54,986 nucleotides of DNA from Octopus bimaculoides (taxonomy: Eukaryota), in assembly GCF_001194135.2 (NCBI RefSeq), contig NC_068987.1, forward strand, positions 107,980,231 to 108,035,216, in the 5' to 3' direction. How positions within the stretch are numbered: position 1 is the first letter of the stretch; the number at the start of each line of letters is the position of its first letter. The notes beneath the pieces were generated by a model that was given only the letters and a program-made list of their open reading frames with translations, was not told where the DNA came from and did not search any database. Below are positions 39,382 through 51,077 of the stretch, in pieces. The position numbers were made by a program, and so were the translations under genes.

Positions 39382-40344
39382 GTATGTTTAAATGATATAC
39401 CCTTGGTAGTTATTTCGGTATCATTTTCTTTCTACTCTATCACAATTTAAAATGATGCGAGTGGATCTATCTTCAGTCCTGGAAAAAGCAATTTGTTTTA
39501 ACGTATGTAAAAGATATATTAAAATATGCCATATAATCGGGGTCGTATGTGATTTTCTTTTGTTGAAGCTGGTTGCACGATAAGGCTTATATTAGTTGTT
39601 TGAGTCCGATACACTTCAACTGAAAATTACCGTTGCAACGAAGAATAGGAATTATACGTTCAATAACTAATGTTAATTAAATCAGCCCACGGTTAATAAT
39701 TGACAACTTATAGCTTAGCTAATCTTAAGACTTGGCTTTTCATGATTTTGATAGTCCACAATATACATACGAGTGACAACTTGAAATTGATTTAAAATGT
39801 ATCTTTATGAATATGTATTGTCCGTGGTTGAAAGAAAAACTGAGTGTGTATAGAATAGGCCTATTATATCTGGGGCTAAGGCGAGCGTTTATCACGTTTT
39901 ACTAATTTTCTCTAATTAAAAACGTTGTCCCGATGGATTTCACAGGACTTCGAAGACCTATGAGACCGAAGTGATTAACGTTCGGGCTTACGGTTTGGAA
40001 TTCTGTGGGTATTCTAAGGATATTTTGGTGGGAAATGCCAGATGATATTGTTAAGTGTAGGATGTGAATTGGACACTATATCTATAAATACAGTGGAAGA
40101 GAGGTATCATAGACTGAGGTATCGATAGCAGCATAGACTGGTGGCTCAGAATGAGAGTAGCGATTGAAGAGTAGCAGTCACAGTTGTAGGGTTTGAAAAT
40201 GTAAAGTGAGTAGACAACACATTTGTTGGTTACAGATTAGAACAGGTTCAAGAGGGATTCATAACAATCAATTGGTGTGCGTATTTATTTATGTATTTAT
40301 TTATTTACTTATTTTTTATTTATAGGATTCCCCTGGGATTTCCT

Positions 40345-40960
40345 AATTGCCTCCGCCTTAGCGAAGGCGGAGCTATTGTTTCCAGTCGCATTTTTTTGTT
40401 TGTCTGTTTGTTTGTCCGTGGACAAGATATCTGAAGAACCACTGGATGGATTAAGATGAAACTTTCAGGGATGTTTGGCCTCGTGAGTCATACGAACTGA
40501 GTAGAGTTTGGGATCGATCAGTTACCGGACAAGGATTCTGGATTACTTGTTATATTTACTTTTCATGATTACGATCTTACGTTAACTTCTAAGTCTTTCT
40601 CAATTATCTCCATTAGGCTGTAACTATTTTGGATGGTGAATTTGTTAACTTTAGCTTGTATAAGATAAGGATCAACTATTAATTACTATTACTAAACTTA
40701 AATTTTCTACAACCAGCTTCATATTCCATGTCTTCCATTGGGATAGATCAGGTACCGGACAAGGATTCTGGATTAATTTCCCGTTTTGTTTCTTTTTACT
40801 GAATTTTTGAGAGGGGTGGGATTTAATTTTAGTAATCTCGTTTCTGAGAACAGTCGAGTTTATTTCAGATATTCTCATTTTAAAAATCATCTCCGGGTAA
40901 TCATTGAGAGGACGTTGGTATCGCCTTGCTGGAGGTTTGCTCTCTCTGAGAGCTCTTGAT
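40345..40960 (+). mobile_element. Probable non-autonomous Helentron/HINE (DINE-1-like architecture)
   Basis: 5' hairpin ctccgcctt-agcg-aaggcggag (40351-40372), a (TTTG/TCTG) microsatellite, a 3' inverted sub-terminal remnant gctggagg (~40928-40935) and a terminal stem-loop gctctc-tct-gagagc (40939-40953). Confidence 0.6.
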
Positions 40961-43131
40961 CTAAATACTGCAGATCAGTTTAAAGTATTTCTATAGAATA
41001 GGTGCCTTAAAGTTGGTAGACTTGGCGTTGATTGTGATTTATAACTGCGTTGGCGGATAGGATTCTAAAGAAAGTGAAAATTGCCAACAGCTCCATTGGA
41101 CATTTAGGATGTTTGAAAGAGATAAGTTTTATCTAACATGATTCTTTGAATTTAACAAGGAAGGGAATTATATTCCAATACTTAAAAAGGGTTTACGTTG
41201 GAGGACGGTTGAATCACCAGGATGTAAATAAGCTAACTAGCCTTCTTTCGATTCAGTGTTCAAATCCTACACGGGTTGTTGTCTTTCATCTATCTTCGAT
41301 AGTATCATAAAACAAATATTAGTGACGTCAGGTTTTCGAGTATTATAACATCAATATCAGTCTCTCACAAAACTGTGGACCCTATTCCATATTTACAAAC
41401 CACCATTTCAAATGGATATTTTAGGTTCTTATTCCATATACCCAGAATTCCAACTTCTCATATTCTTATGATCCTCTGATGCCTTCATTTAACCATAGGT
41501 CATCACTAATCAAGCAAGCCTATTATCAAAGGTTGATATTTACATCCAATTTAGAGGTATGTAATATAATATTACCTAATGTTTCTTACTTTTATCTCAC
41601 ATGTAGAGTGTAGTTTCAAATGCTATTCCATCTCGGCAACGTACGTGCATGTACGCTCTCTTGTCAGCTTGTTCTCCGTTAATGTTTCGTTATGTCATTG
41701 GGCTCCAAAAAAGGGAGACGATGCCTATGACTTTTTCCAGGCATTACAACACCGCTGAGATCCACGGAGTTAATGCTCCTCTTAAACAGCTACAAGTCGA
41801 CGATTGCAGGAGGAACAAAGGCAGGCAAGCTACACAACTTTGAAGCTGAAGGTACAGACATAATGGTTAGGGCGAAACTGTATGTAACTTAATATAGGTA
41901 ATGAGAGATGAAAAGATGAGTGAGATAAGAGTGAAATATGATTAAATGAGAGGAGTGATAATATCAATAAGCTACAAGAAATAAAATGCTACAATATCAA
42001 CTACAGAGAAGGTAGATATAGCGTATAATATATACTCTATAATATATATATTTGCAATGTGTAATATCATGCCCACAAAACGTATGGCTTTCTGCCCGAA
42101 TTAGAAATTATTGTTTGAACAGGGTACAGTAACTTTGCAATTCTCCCATCCTATCAATGAATCACGTTTTCCTCTACTGATTACATTATTAGTAGAAATT
42201 TGCGAAAACAATATTATCGATCACATATGAACAGAGATAACTATTGATATTAATAAGAAGAAAACCATTAATAGCTTTGTTTGATTAGAAACTTATAAAC
42301 TGCAGACTGATTATTTGACTTGTGGTTTCGATACCCATCATCGATCGCAAATGTGTCTGTTAACGGCGAAGAGAGACATTTACTAAAGGAACTTCATTTG
42401 GTATGGCTTCACAGAATAGTCAATCAAATTATGGAACTATTTTCAGGACTAATTCTTTTCAAGACATCGTGTATGATGTTTCCTTGAGCAAGTCCTAGAC
42501 GTAATTTGTAGATATGGGAGGGGAAAGGGTGGAAATGGAATTTCCCGTTGATGAACATAATAGTAGGGTATGGTTTCCTAATTATGATATCTATATTTAC
42601 TGTTGTTTGAGTGAGAGAGAGATAGAGACATATTGACTGTAGTTATTTAACATTTCTTTATTCTATAATAGTATTAATACAACTTCAACCGCTGCAGTAT
42701 CTTCTGTACCAGATATCTGGTGTCTTGTTCAGTGCACAAAACTAAGGAATTCACAAGTCAATGACAGTGCATTTATACAGTCCCTTAGACTTGTAGAAAT
42801 AACAACCAAATCTCTCGTAAAGCTACACTCTAACGTCTTAAAAGAGAGAGAAGACAGAAGACATTGGTTGATGAAGAATGAATGCATTACGGTTTAAAAC
42901 CTAAAGAAATGACGGTGATGCCTTGGTAGTTGCATTTGTTCACTGGTCTTAGTTTACTATTTCCAAAGATCAAAAGGAGATTGCTTCACTGCATTAACAG
43001 AACAGGAAATCTCATAAAAGAAGCAGAGAAATATTTTTGGTTAAATTGACTTAAAGTACATGAAGCGTTTGAGTCATAGACAGAGCAATATTTCTATCAT
43101 TTACGACTAAGGTTTATCCTTTTCCCTTCAG

Positions 43132-43258
43132 CTCCGACATCCGTTTTGCTAACGAGTGCATTTTGGATGACAGATAATAATCAGCTGGACGAAATGGAAA
43201 GAAAGAGTGAAGATGACATATTTGTGGATAGTACTTCTCTGCAGCAGCTAGTACAAAG
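43132..43258 (+). other. Candidate internal exon (127 nt) of an unidentified gene
   Basis: Acceptor gactaaggtttatccttttcccttcag|, donor aag|gtttct, one open frame (PTSVLLTSAFWMTDNNQLDEMERKSEDDIFVDSTSLQQLVQ); no recognisable homology. Confidence 0.25.
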
Positions 43259-43527
43259 GTTTTCTTTAAATTATTTAAAAATTCCATATAGACATATTTT
43301 AGAACTGTTAATTTTCCATGAGTTTATATTGCTTTACAGCATATTGTATAGTGTTTTTACCCTTCTTTCATTGTTTACATATACTTTTGTATCGTTTATC
43401 GAAGCATATTTGGTATCACCTCTGGGTCTGTTTCTTTACGAATGTATAAGTTCTGAGGCAAGCTTTCAGAAACAGGACAAAAACGGTCCTTGTTATTTGT
43501 TACGGATGCTTACTTTATTATTATTAC

Positions 43528-43559
<32 letters not shown>

Positions 43560-43789
43560 GGTGGCGAGCTGGTAGAATTTTTATTGCCGGTTTTCACTGC
43601 ACTACCAATGGTGTTTGTGTGTGTGTGACTTGGGTATGCGCAGTATTCAATTTTCGTTTTGTTATTCTCGCTGTATGAGTACATCGCGACGTCGTACTAT
43701 ACTCTGTGTGATACACATATTTGGTGACCTAGAGATTATGTCTAAAAATCTTTTTTATCGTTCGCAAAACGCCTAATATACAAGGAGTT

Positions 43790-44010
43790 CAAGACAGCGA
43801 AATGGACGAATCCGTAGCGCACCTAGCAAAATACTTAACGGGATTTCATGTCTTTACGTTCCAAGTTCAAATTCTGTCGATGTCGCGATGTTGACTTTCC
43901 TTTTCATTTAGTCGTGGTCGATAACAGAATTACAGTTAAGTACTGGTGTTGATGTTATCGAATTGCACCGTCTTCCGAAATTATTGATAATGGGGCAAAA
44001 CATTGAAACC
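43790..44010 (+). mobile_element. Degenerate SINE family A (a second isolated head at ~43558-43600 follows (TTA)n)
   Basis: tctttacgttccaagttcaaattctgtcg...gttgactttccttttcat...gtactggtgttgatgttatcga. Confidence 0.7.
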
Positions 44011-44079
44011 AGTATACAAACGATTCTTTAGTTTTTCGGTCCCACATTCATGTTTTCTCTGTTTACAAATCTTTGTACT

Positions 44080-44530
44080 GAGATAATTTCTTTCTGATTC
44101 TTTGAGATACATTATCTTCTTTTGAGAATGATGTGTCAGTCAGGAAATTTTTCTCTATCTGCTGCTCCCTGAAAAATATATCGGCTCAATTAGCTTTGGT
44201 AGCTCTATCTGTATCTATTGCCATATGTCAGAATACAGTACTCTTACTGTTATGAGTGATCTTTTTTGTTGCATGCCATCTCTTTTCTGTTGGTATTCCA
44301 TTATGTTCGAATAACACCCTGTGTATATAAGTTCCAAATCGAAATTCTTGTCAATATATCGTTTCTTCTATACTTCTTGGATGTCAGGGACAATGTACGT
44401 ATGTTTTCCTTCCTCATCTATACATATTGTGCAGTTACTTAATGTATTCTTCTTCATTACATCCTTTTCCTCGTTTCTGGAGGTGAGGCCTTGACGTTGT
44501 GCCACTTTTCTACTTGGAGTCATGCCCTTT
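44080..44530 (-). mobile_element. Old R4/Dong-like LINE fragment (zinc-knuckle/RLE region)
   Basis: Minus strand: CTICIDEEGKHTYIV...KKRY and MEYQQKR, resembling the C..C....ET..HIV..C...KKRHD...WYEH pattern; heavily decayed. Confidence 0.45.
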
Positions 44531-45618
44531 TTCAGTAAATGTTCACATTTCTCTTTGTTTTCTCTTTGTTTTCTCTCTGTTTAGCTTTTACCGGTAGTAG
44601 TCATCTAACGGCTTTCCTTGCCGTCACTTTTTTCCTTACATTCTAAGTGTTCCGCAAAGTTTTCTTTTTTGTCCTTTTTTTTCTAACTACCTATCGGTAT
44701 TGCAGACTCGGATTTTTTTCTGCTTTCTTTCAGAACAGTAATCAGTCTAATGCTTTAATTATGCATCATTTATCAAATTTTCATAATTCTGTGCCAGATA
44801 AGATTGTATCCTCTATTACAATTTTGTGGTAATTTTCCATCTATATACGACTACTACCGCATTGTATTCGCAGTAACTACAATAATTATTTTTCAGACTT
44901 TTTACGGTATATTCAAATTATGTATTCATTATTTAACTTTTTCCTGTCGAGATATGTTAGTTCTTTTAGCGACTTATTGACACTATAATGGCGTTAACGG
45001 GAGAGCTACTTAACTATTAATCGAATTTAATGCATCTATAATATACCTTACTAATCCTTCATTCATTTCTAGGTACTATACATTGCCACGTTTATTGAGG
45101 CTCAGATATTTTTTATGCCTGTGATAAGTCAAATTTTATTATTTCAGCTTTCTATCCAGTCTGATCATATCGAACATACCTCTCTGGAAAGTATCTTAGC
45201 TGTACCTCAAATTGATTCATTTGATAAATCTGTGCACTCGCTGCAGTGATGTTTCTAGTTGAGAATCATTAGCAGCAAACAAGTTAAGATTATCCATATA
45301 GAAAATTTGGTTCATTATTTTATTCTCTTTGAAAAAAATGAACGGAAAATGATTGGCAAGAAGGAGTTCCCTTAGAATATTCCTCTTTTGATAGCTGTTG
45401 ATATAGTTTTATAATACGCTGTAAAGCAGTCGTTCCTAATCTTTTTTCTACCACGCTTCCCCTAGGAATTTGTCCTAATCTCCACGCCCCCTTGCATCTA
45501 TGAATAAAATTCCCTCCCATATTTGAAATAAAATCTAAAATAGGTTTTTAGCATTTTTAATTCAATATGAATTAGTCACATTATGAAAAATATGTATAAT
45601 TTTATATATAATCACATT

Positions 45619-47110
45619 TTACAAGAAGTGAGATACTTGACACTGTTTCTTAGCTACAAGATATTGAATGCGTGGTTGAATGCCAGAGAGTGTACAACGT
45701 AAGTCCCTTTCAACGGTCAGCCTGTTCCTGTATTTGGTCTTGTCAGCAACGAGCGTGGAAAATGCAACTTCACAAAGATACGTCGATCCAAACATAGCTA
45801 AAATCCAAAGAACCTGATGTGAGATCAGAAGGTAATCAGGAAGGTACTTCATCCAGAACATTTCAAGATCCAGTTTTTCTTAAAGTCTTCCTTAGCTGGG
45901 GAGTTGAACTAATCCAAATAACTAAAATTGGCTGTATTTCCCTGTTGAATTCGATATTTCCAGAGGTAGTGTTTGGCCATGAAGGTTCGAATGGTGTCGT
46001 GGTGCGTGAGAATGTTTGTTTTTCTGTTGACGTATTAAGGTCGAGAGTATTCAACGTTTCGAAGAAGTCCTCCAGGTAAGCTAGAGATAGCTCAAAGTCG
46101 TGAGACTGGAACTTGTCATTGAGATCTGACTTGTGTTGCAAATCGAGAATTAGTGCTACTTCTTCTTGTAGTTCATAAAGCTGTCCAAGCATGTTTCCCT
46201 TTGATAGTCATCGTACATTCGTGTGAAAAAGCAATGCTTCATGTTCAGATTCCATATCTTTAAGACGCCACCTTTAACGAAGTTGACAACCTTGATAGCC
46301 ATGTTCAGGACATTTCTCATTTCAGTATGTAAGGTCCTGGATGCTAAAGCTTCACGATGAAGACTGCAGTATGTCCCTAAAACAGATGGGTTTTTCTTTC
46401 ACTCTCATAATGAATCCCAACTGCAGACCAAACATGACTGGATCTCCATCAGTGCACACCCCTATAAGCGTATCTCACGAAACTTGCTTTTCCTGAAAGA
46501 AGTTTGATACATCAGGAAAAATAGCTGCTGCTGTTGTATAACTATCCATAGGGTAACAGAACATTTCCTTTCTTAACACAGTTGACTGACACAAAATGAG
46601 CTGAGAACACTGAGCGATGTCAGTCGTTTCGTCACAATGGATGGTAAAAACAGGTAAATCTCTTACTTCCATTGACTGTGTCGTTTGACGGGGAAACCTG
46701 CGAGAAAGCCTGTTTGCACTATCTTTCCCCAGAACGAGTTTTGCTGTACGGAGTAGACTTGGTTTTATGAGACTCTCTGATGTTATTCCTCTTTTTGCAC
46801 ATTGCAATCAACATGACGATCTCACAGGAAGTCTCAGCATCCATGGAAGTTTGTTGCCGAAATGCTCCTCTACCGCCCAAATTAGCTTGCTTCAAGGAAT
46901 GTCATTTTGTTTCAAACAATGCCTTGGGATTGTCTGCAAGTGCAGTATGTAATGTCCTCAAGTAGCGTTCCAAGCGTGAGGGTCGCACTCCGCCATTCAT
47001 CAAAGTTTTTCAAAATATCATATACTGGGGGACTTCTGTGTCACCCTTTTGGAGGAACACGAATACAAATCGAATATATTCGTCGAGATACTTCATTTTC
47101 TTTGCATTCA
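45619..47110 (-). pseudogene. Buster/ZBED8-like hAT transposase pseudogene
   Basis: ORF pieces 46475-46807 (IHCDETTDIAQCSQL), CTDG, H.LHREALASR, FHTNVR*LSKGNMLGQLYEL (45863-46192) and FGSTYLCEVAFSTLVADKTKYRNRL..E.DLRC (45619-45861); many stops and frameshifts. Confidence 0.92.
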
Positions 47111-47182
47111 TACCGAATTAGTTGATGCGCAGTTGACAACACAAATATGTGAACAAGTTAGAACGCTAGCCCAAGTCACGGT

Positions 47183-47247
47183 CCAAGTTAGAAAGCTAGA
47201 CCAAGTTAGAAAGCTAGACCAAGTTAGAAAGCTAGACCAAGTTAGAA
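47183..47247. repeat. 18-bp tandem repeat ccaagttagaaagctaga x3.6 in the hAT 5' region
   Basis: Three perfect units plus a partial one; a degenerate copy lies at ~47154-47175. Confidence 0.95.
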
Positions 47248-48040
47248 CACACGGAGTAAAAAGTTCTGACACAAAATTAAACAAAAAAAAAATTAGAATA
47301 AAATGTTAAATTAAATGAAAGTTTATACGAAAAATTTCTACAATAAAATATTATTTATTTGTACGAAAATATAAAAAGAAGTTTCTTTAAAAAAGATAAG
47401 ATTTTGCATAGCTTTTAGTTTTACCTAGTACTTTTAATTTTAGTTTAACATTTGGCTTTATATATATTATAAAAAATTTTTTGTTACAAAAATTCACTAT
47501 GTTTTTAACATAAACATTTAATATCAAAAATTTTGGTTTTATTGTTAATTTTTTTTCATTTTTCCTGTGTTATTTATTTGGATACTTTATTAAATTCAAG
47601 GATAGTAGAACTTATTACATATATTTTGTTTTATTTACTGTTTTTAAATATATCATACATTTCATCATGCTAAAAATTAAAAATAGTTCTCACTTTTTAA
47701 AATTAAGGTAATATTTCTGAATATGTTACTATAATGATTTCAGAATGTTTCAGTATATCTCTTGGTTTTAAGAATCACATTATTTTATATATAGGAAAAC
47801 TGTGGATCAAACTTGTTTATAATCTATTAACTGTAAAAAGTGTGTGTCACGATAATAATATCTAATCTTTATACCAGTGGTGCTTTACTTGAAACTTGTT
47901 GTAACAAAACAAATTTCAAAATAAAGGCAAATTTTAAAGCTACAATTCAGAATTAGTGAAGGTTTTGAAAGATATGAATTGGGTGAAGAACTACAGAAAA
48001 TGGTATTCTAAGAAAGTAGAATAAGAAAACTAAAGGAATG

Positions 48041-48262
48041 AGGCGAGATGGCAGAAACGTTAGCTCGCCGGCAGAATACTTAGTATTTCGTCTGCCGTAA
48101 CGCTCTGAGTTCAAATTCCGCCGAGATCGACCTTGCCTTTCATCCTTTCGGGGTCTTACGTATGTACCAGTTACGCACTGGGGCCGATGAATCGACTTAA
48201 TCCTTTTGTCCGTCTTTGTTTGTTCCGTTTATGTTTAACCCCCTGTGGGCAATAAAGATATA
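48041..48262 (+). mobile_element. SINE family A (gggcaataaag tail variant) nested in the hAT element
   Basis: ggcgagatggcagaaacgttagc...ctgagttcaaattccgccgag...gtgggcaataaagata. Confidence 0.88.
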
Positions 48263-48733
48263 TATAAGGCGATACTTATGCATTTTTTTTCATAAACTTA
48301 TTATTTGACCACGCTCTCTTTAAGAGAATAACAAATATAATTAGAGAAATTGCTGCCTTTTCTCAAGGGCTCGCGATCCCCTTGGAAATTACTGATGCCT
48401 CCCAGCTTAAGAACCACTACTGTAAAGTGAGTATATGCAGCATTATTTACTATGTATACATGACATAATTCAAGTTATTACTAGTAGTTCCTTATTCATG
48501 ATTAGTGTTTCTGAAATTCGCATGGAAAATTATGTGTGTGGGTGTGTGCGCGTGTGTATGTGTATGTGTGAGTGTGTATGTGTGAGTGTGTATGCGCGCG
48601 CATGTATTTTTGTGAGCGTACATGGTGTGTGTGAGCGTATGCTTGTGTATGTCGGTGTAAGTAATTACATAAACGTATTTATGCGCATGTATGTATGCGC
48701 ATGTATGTATATATATGTATATATATATGTATA

Positions 48734-48768
<35 letters not shown>

Positions 48769-49943
48769 NNNNNNNNNNNNNNNNNNNNNNNNNNNNNNNN
48801 NNNNNNNNNNNNNNNNNNNNNNNNNNNNNNNNNNNNNNNNNNNNNNNNNNNNNNNNNNNNNNNNNNNNNNNNNNNNNNNNNNNNNNNNNNNNNNNNNNNN
48901 NNNNNNNNNNNNNNNNNNNNNNNNNNNNNNNNNNNNNNNNNNNNNNNNNNNNNNNNNNNNNNNNNNNNNNNNNNNNNNNNNNNNNNNNNNNNNNNNNNNN
49001 NNNNNNNNNNNNNNNNNNNNNNNNNNNNNNNNNNNNNNNNNNNNNNNNNNNNNNNNNNNNNNNNNNNNNNNNNNNNNNNNNNNNNNNNNNNNNNNNNNNN
49101 NNNNNNNNNNNNNNNNNNNNNNNNNNNNNNNNNNNNNNNNNNNNNNNNNNNNNNNNNNNNNNNNNNNNNNNNNNNNNNNNNNNNNNNNNNNNNNNNNNNN
49201 NNNNNNNNNNNNNNNNNNNNNNNNNNNNNNNNNNNNNNNNNNNNNNNNNNNNNNNNNNNNNNNNNNNNNNNNNNNNNNNNNNNNNNNNNNNNNNNNNNNN
49301 NNNNNNNNNNNNNNNNNNNNNNNNNNNNNNNNNNNNNNNNNNNNNNNNNNTATATATATATATATATATATATATGTGTATGTATGTATGTATGTGTGCA
49401 CGGATACATGTATGCATGCGTCTGTTCTCATTCACGTGCATACAAACTCATAAAGGTGGGTCTGAACAAAACGATCGACAAGATAGTCTTGATTTGCCCT
49501 GAAACCTCAATATTTTGCTATTCTATCTAAAACTACAAAACGAGGCAGAGAATCACAAAACCGAGGAAATGAATACCATGTAATTGATGAATATTGTTGT
49601 GTAAATCTGTAAACATTGTATAACGAAGACAATGTTTCAGCAAATATATAAAATTGCCTTCAAGGTGTACCACTACCACCGTTATAATCGTGATCATACT
49701 CTCTTCTTCTTCCTCTGCCTCCTACTCCCCCTCACTCCTTCTCATAATCATCATCGTCTGCACCATTACGGAGAACTCCACATCCACCACTACCACCAAC
49801 AACACCACCATCACCACCATCAAAAGTACCTACGTCATCATAATCATCACCATTATCGCCGTGGTCATCATCATAATCATTATTATACGCCTGGTGTTTC
49901 TATTAGAAATCATTACTGCTGCTGCTGCTATTGTTGTTGTTGT

Positions 49944-50160
49944 TAAGGCGAGGAGCTGGTAGAATCTTTAAGCACGCTGGACGAAATGCATAGCGGTATT
50001 TCGCTCGTCTGTACGTTCTTAGTTCAAATCCCGCCGAGGTCGACTTTGCCTTTCATCCCTTCGGGGTCGATAAATTAAGTTCCAGTGAAACAGTGGGGTC
50101 GATGTAAACGACTCGTCTCCTCCGCACCACGTTTCGGGCCTTGTATCTTCAGTAGAAATT
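49944..50160 (+). mobile_element. SINE family A, full length, followed by (TTA)n
   Basis: aaggcgaggagctggtagaa...gttcaaatcccgccgaggtcgactttgcctttcatcccttcggggtcgataaattaag. Confidence 0.9.
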
Positions 50161-50165
50161 ATTAC

Positions 50166-50240
<75 letters not shown>

Positions 50241-50756
50241 TGTCAGCATCATTTGAGTTATCGTTATTGCGATTAATTCTATTAACAAATTTGTTATTCT
50301 TAATTAAAATCGATATAAATATCTATAAATTAGAAATAAACATTAATAACAATCCAGCGAGGTAATTTTTTAAAATATTTATAAAATACCTATTATCAGA
50401 AAACGAACTGGACGTAAAGACGAAATGATCTAGCTTTGTAACTGATGGCCATTGGGAAAATATAAATAATTTTTGTCTTTGATACAGAAACGAAAGTGGT
50501 ATTATACGGTGGAAATTTTGAACTATAGAACTTATTTTGAGCTTTTGTTCTTCGCTGTTTTAAATATGTTTCTCAAGAAAACAATTCGCAAATTCTCAAA
50601 ATTTCAATTTGGGCAAGTATTAAGGAGACATTATTGCGTCTTTATCCTCGTTTTATACATGCGTGTACTTGGATGTGTGTGTATTTGTACATACATATTT
50701 ATATATATGGACATGTGTCAGTGTGTGTGTGTGTGTGTGTGCGGGCGCATAATGTG

Positions 50757-50992
50757 AAGGCTATTTGCCAACATAATGTGGCTGTCCTGGAAAAGACGAT
50801 GTTACTGCTGTATTGCTTCAGGAAACATCGTTTCCAGATGGCTACACGACACAATATCTGTGTTCTTATATTTTCGAACAGGGAGTTCAGCACAATCATC
50901 TAGCGGAATTTGGGGCTAAACAACATCCTGGAAGTAAACAAAATTAAAATAGTCCCTTCCTGGACAGCTACATGAGGTTGGCAAATAGCCTT
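50757..50992. mobile_element. MITE-like element, 236 bp, with 41-bp TIRs
   Basis: aaggctatttgccaacataatgtggctgtcctggaaaagac (50757-50797) matches the reverse complement of 50952-50992 at 35/41, with the outer 16 bp perfect. Confidence 0.75.
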
Positions 50993-51077
50993 TACTTTAA
51001 AGAGCCCTTACTGAAAGATTTAGAAATAATAAGTTCTGTATATATATATAAACACACAACATACATATACACATATG

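Larger units (their letters stand above)
45427..48419 (-). mobile_element. Complete hAT (Buster/Charlie-type) DNA transposon, 2993 bp, with 8-bp TSD CTGTAAAG
   Basis: TIRs cagtcgttcctaa (45427) and ttaagaaccacta (48419) match at 10/13; identical CTGTAAAG lies at 45419-45426 and 48420-48427; an internal transposase pseudogene is present. Confidence 0.93.

Noticed and set aside
47183-47247. CRISPR-like direct repeats
   Set aside because: The units are contiguous with no spacers, there are no cas genes, and the context is eukaryotic.
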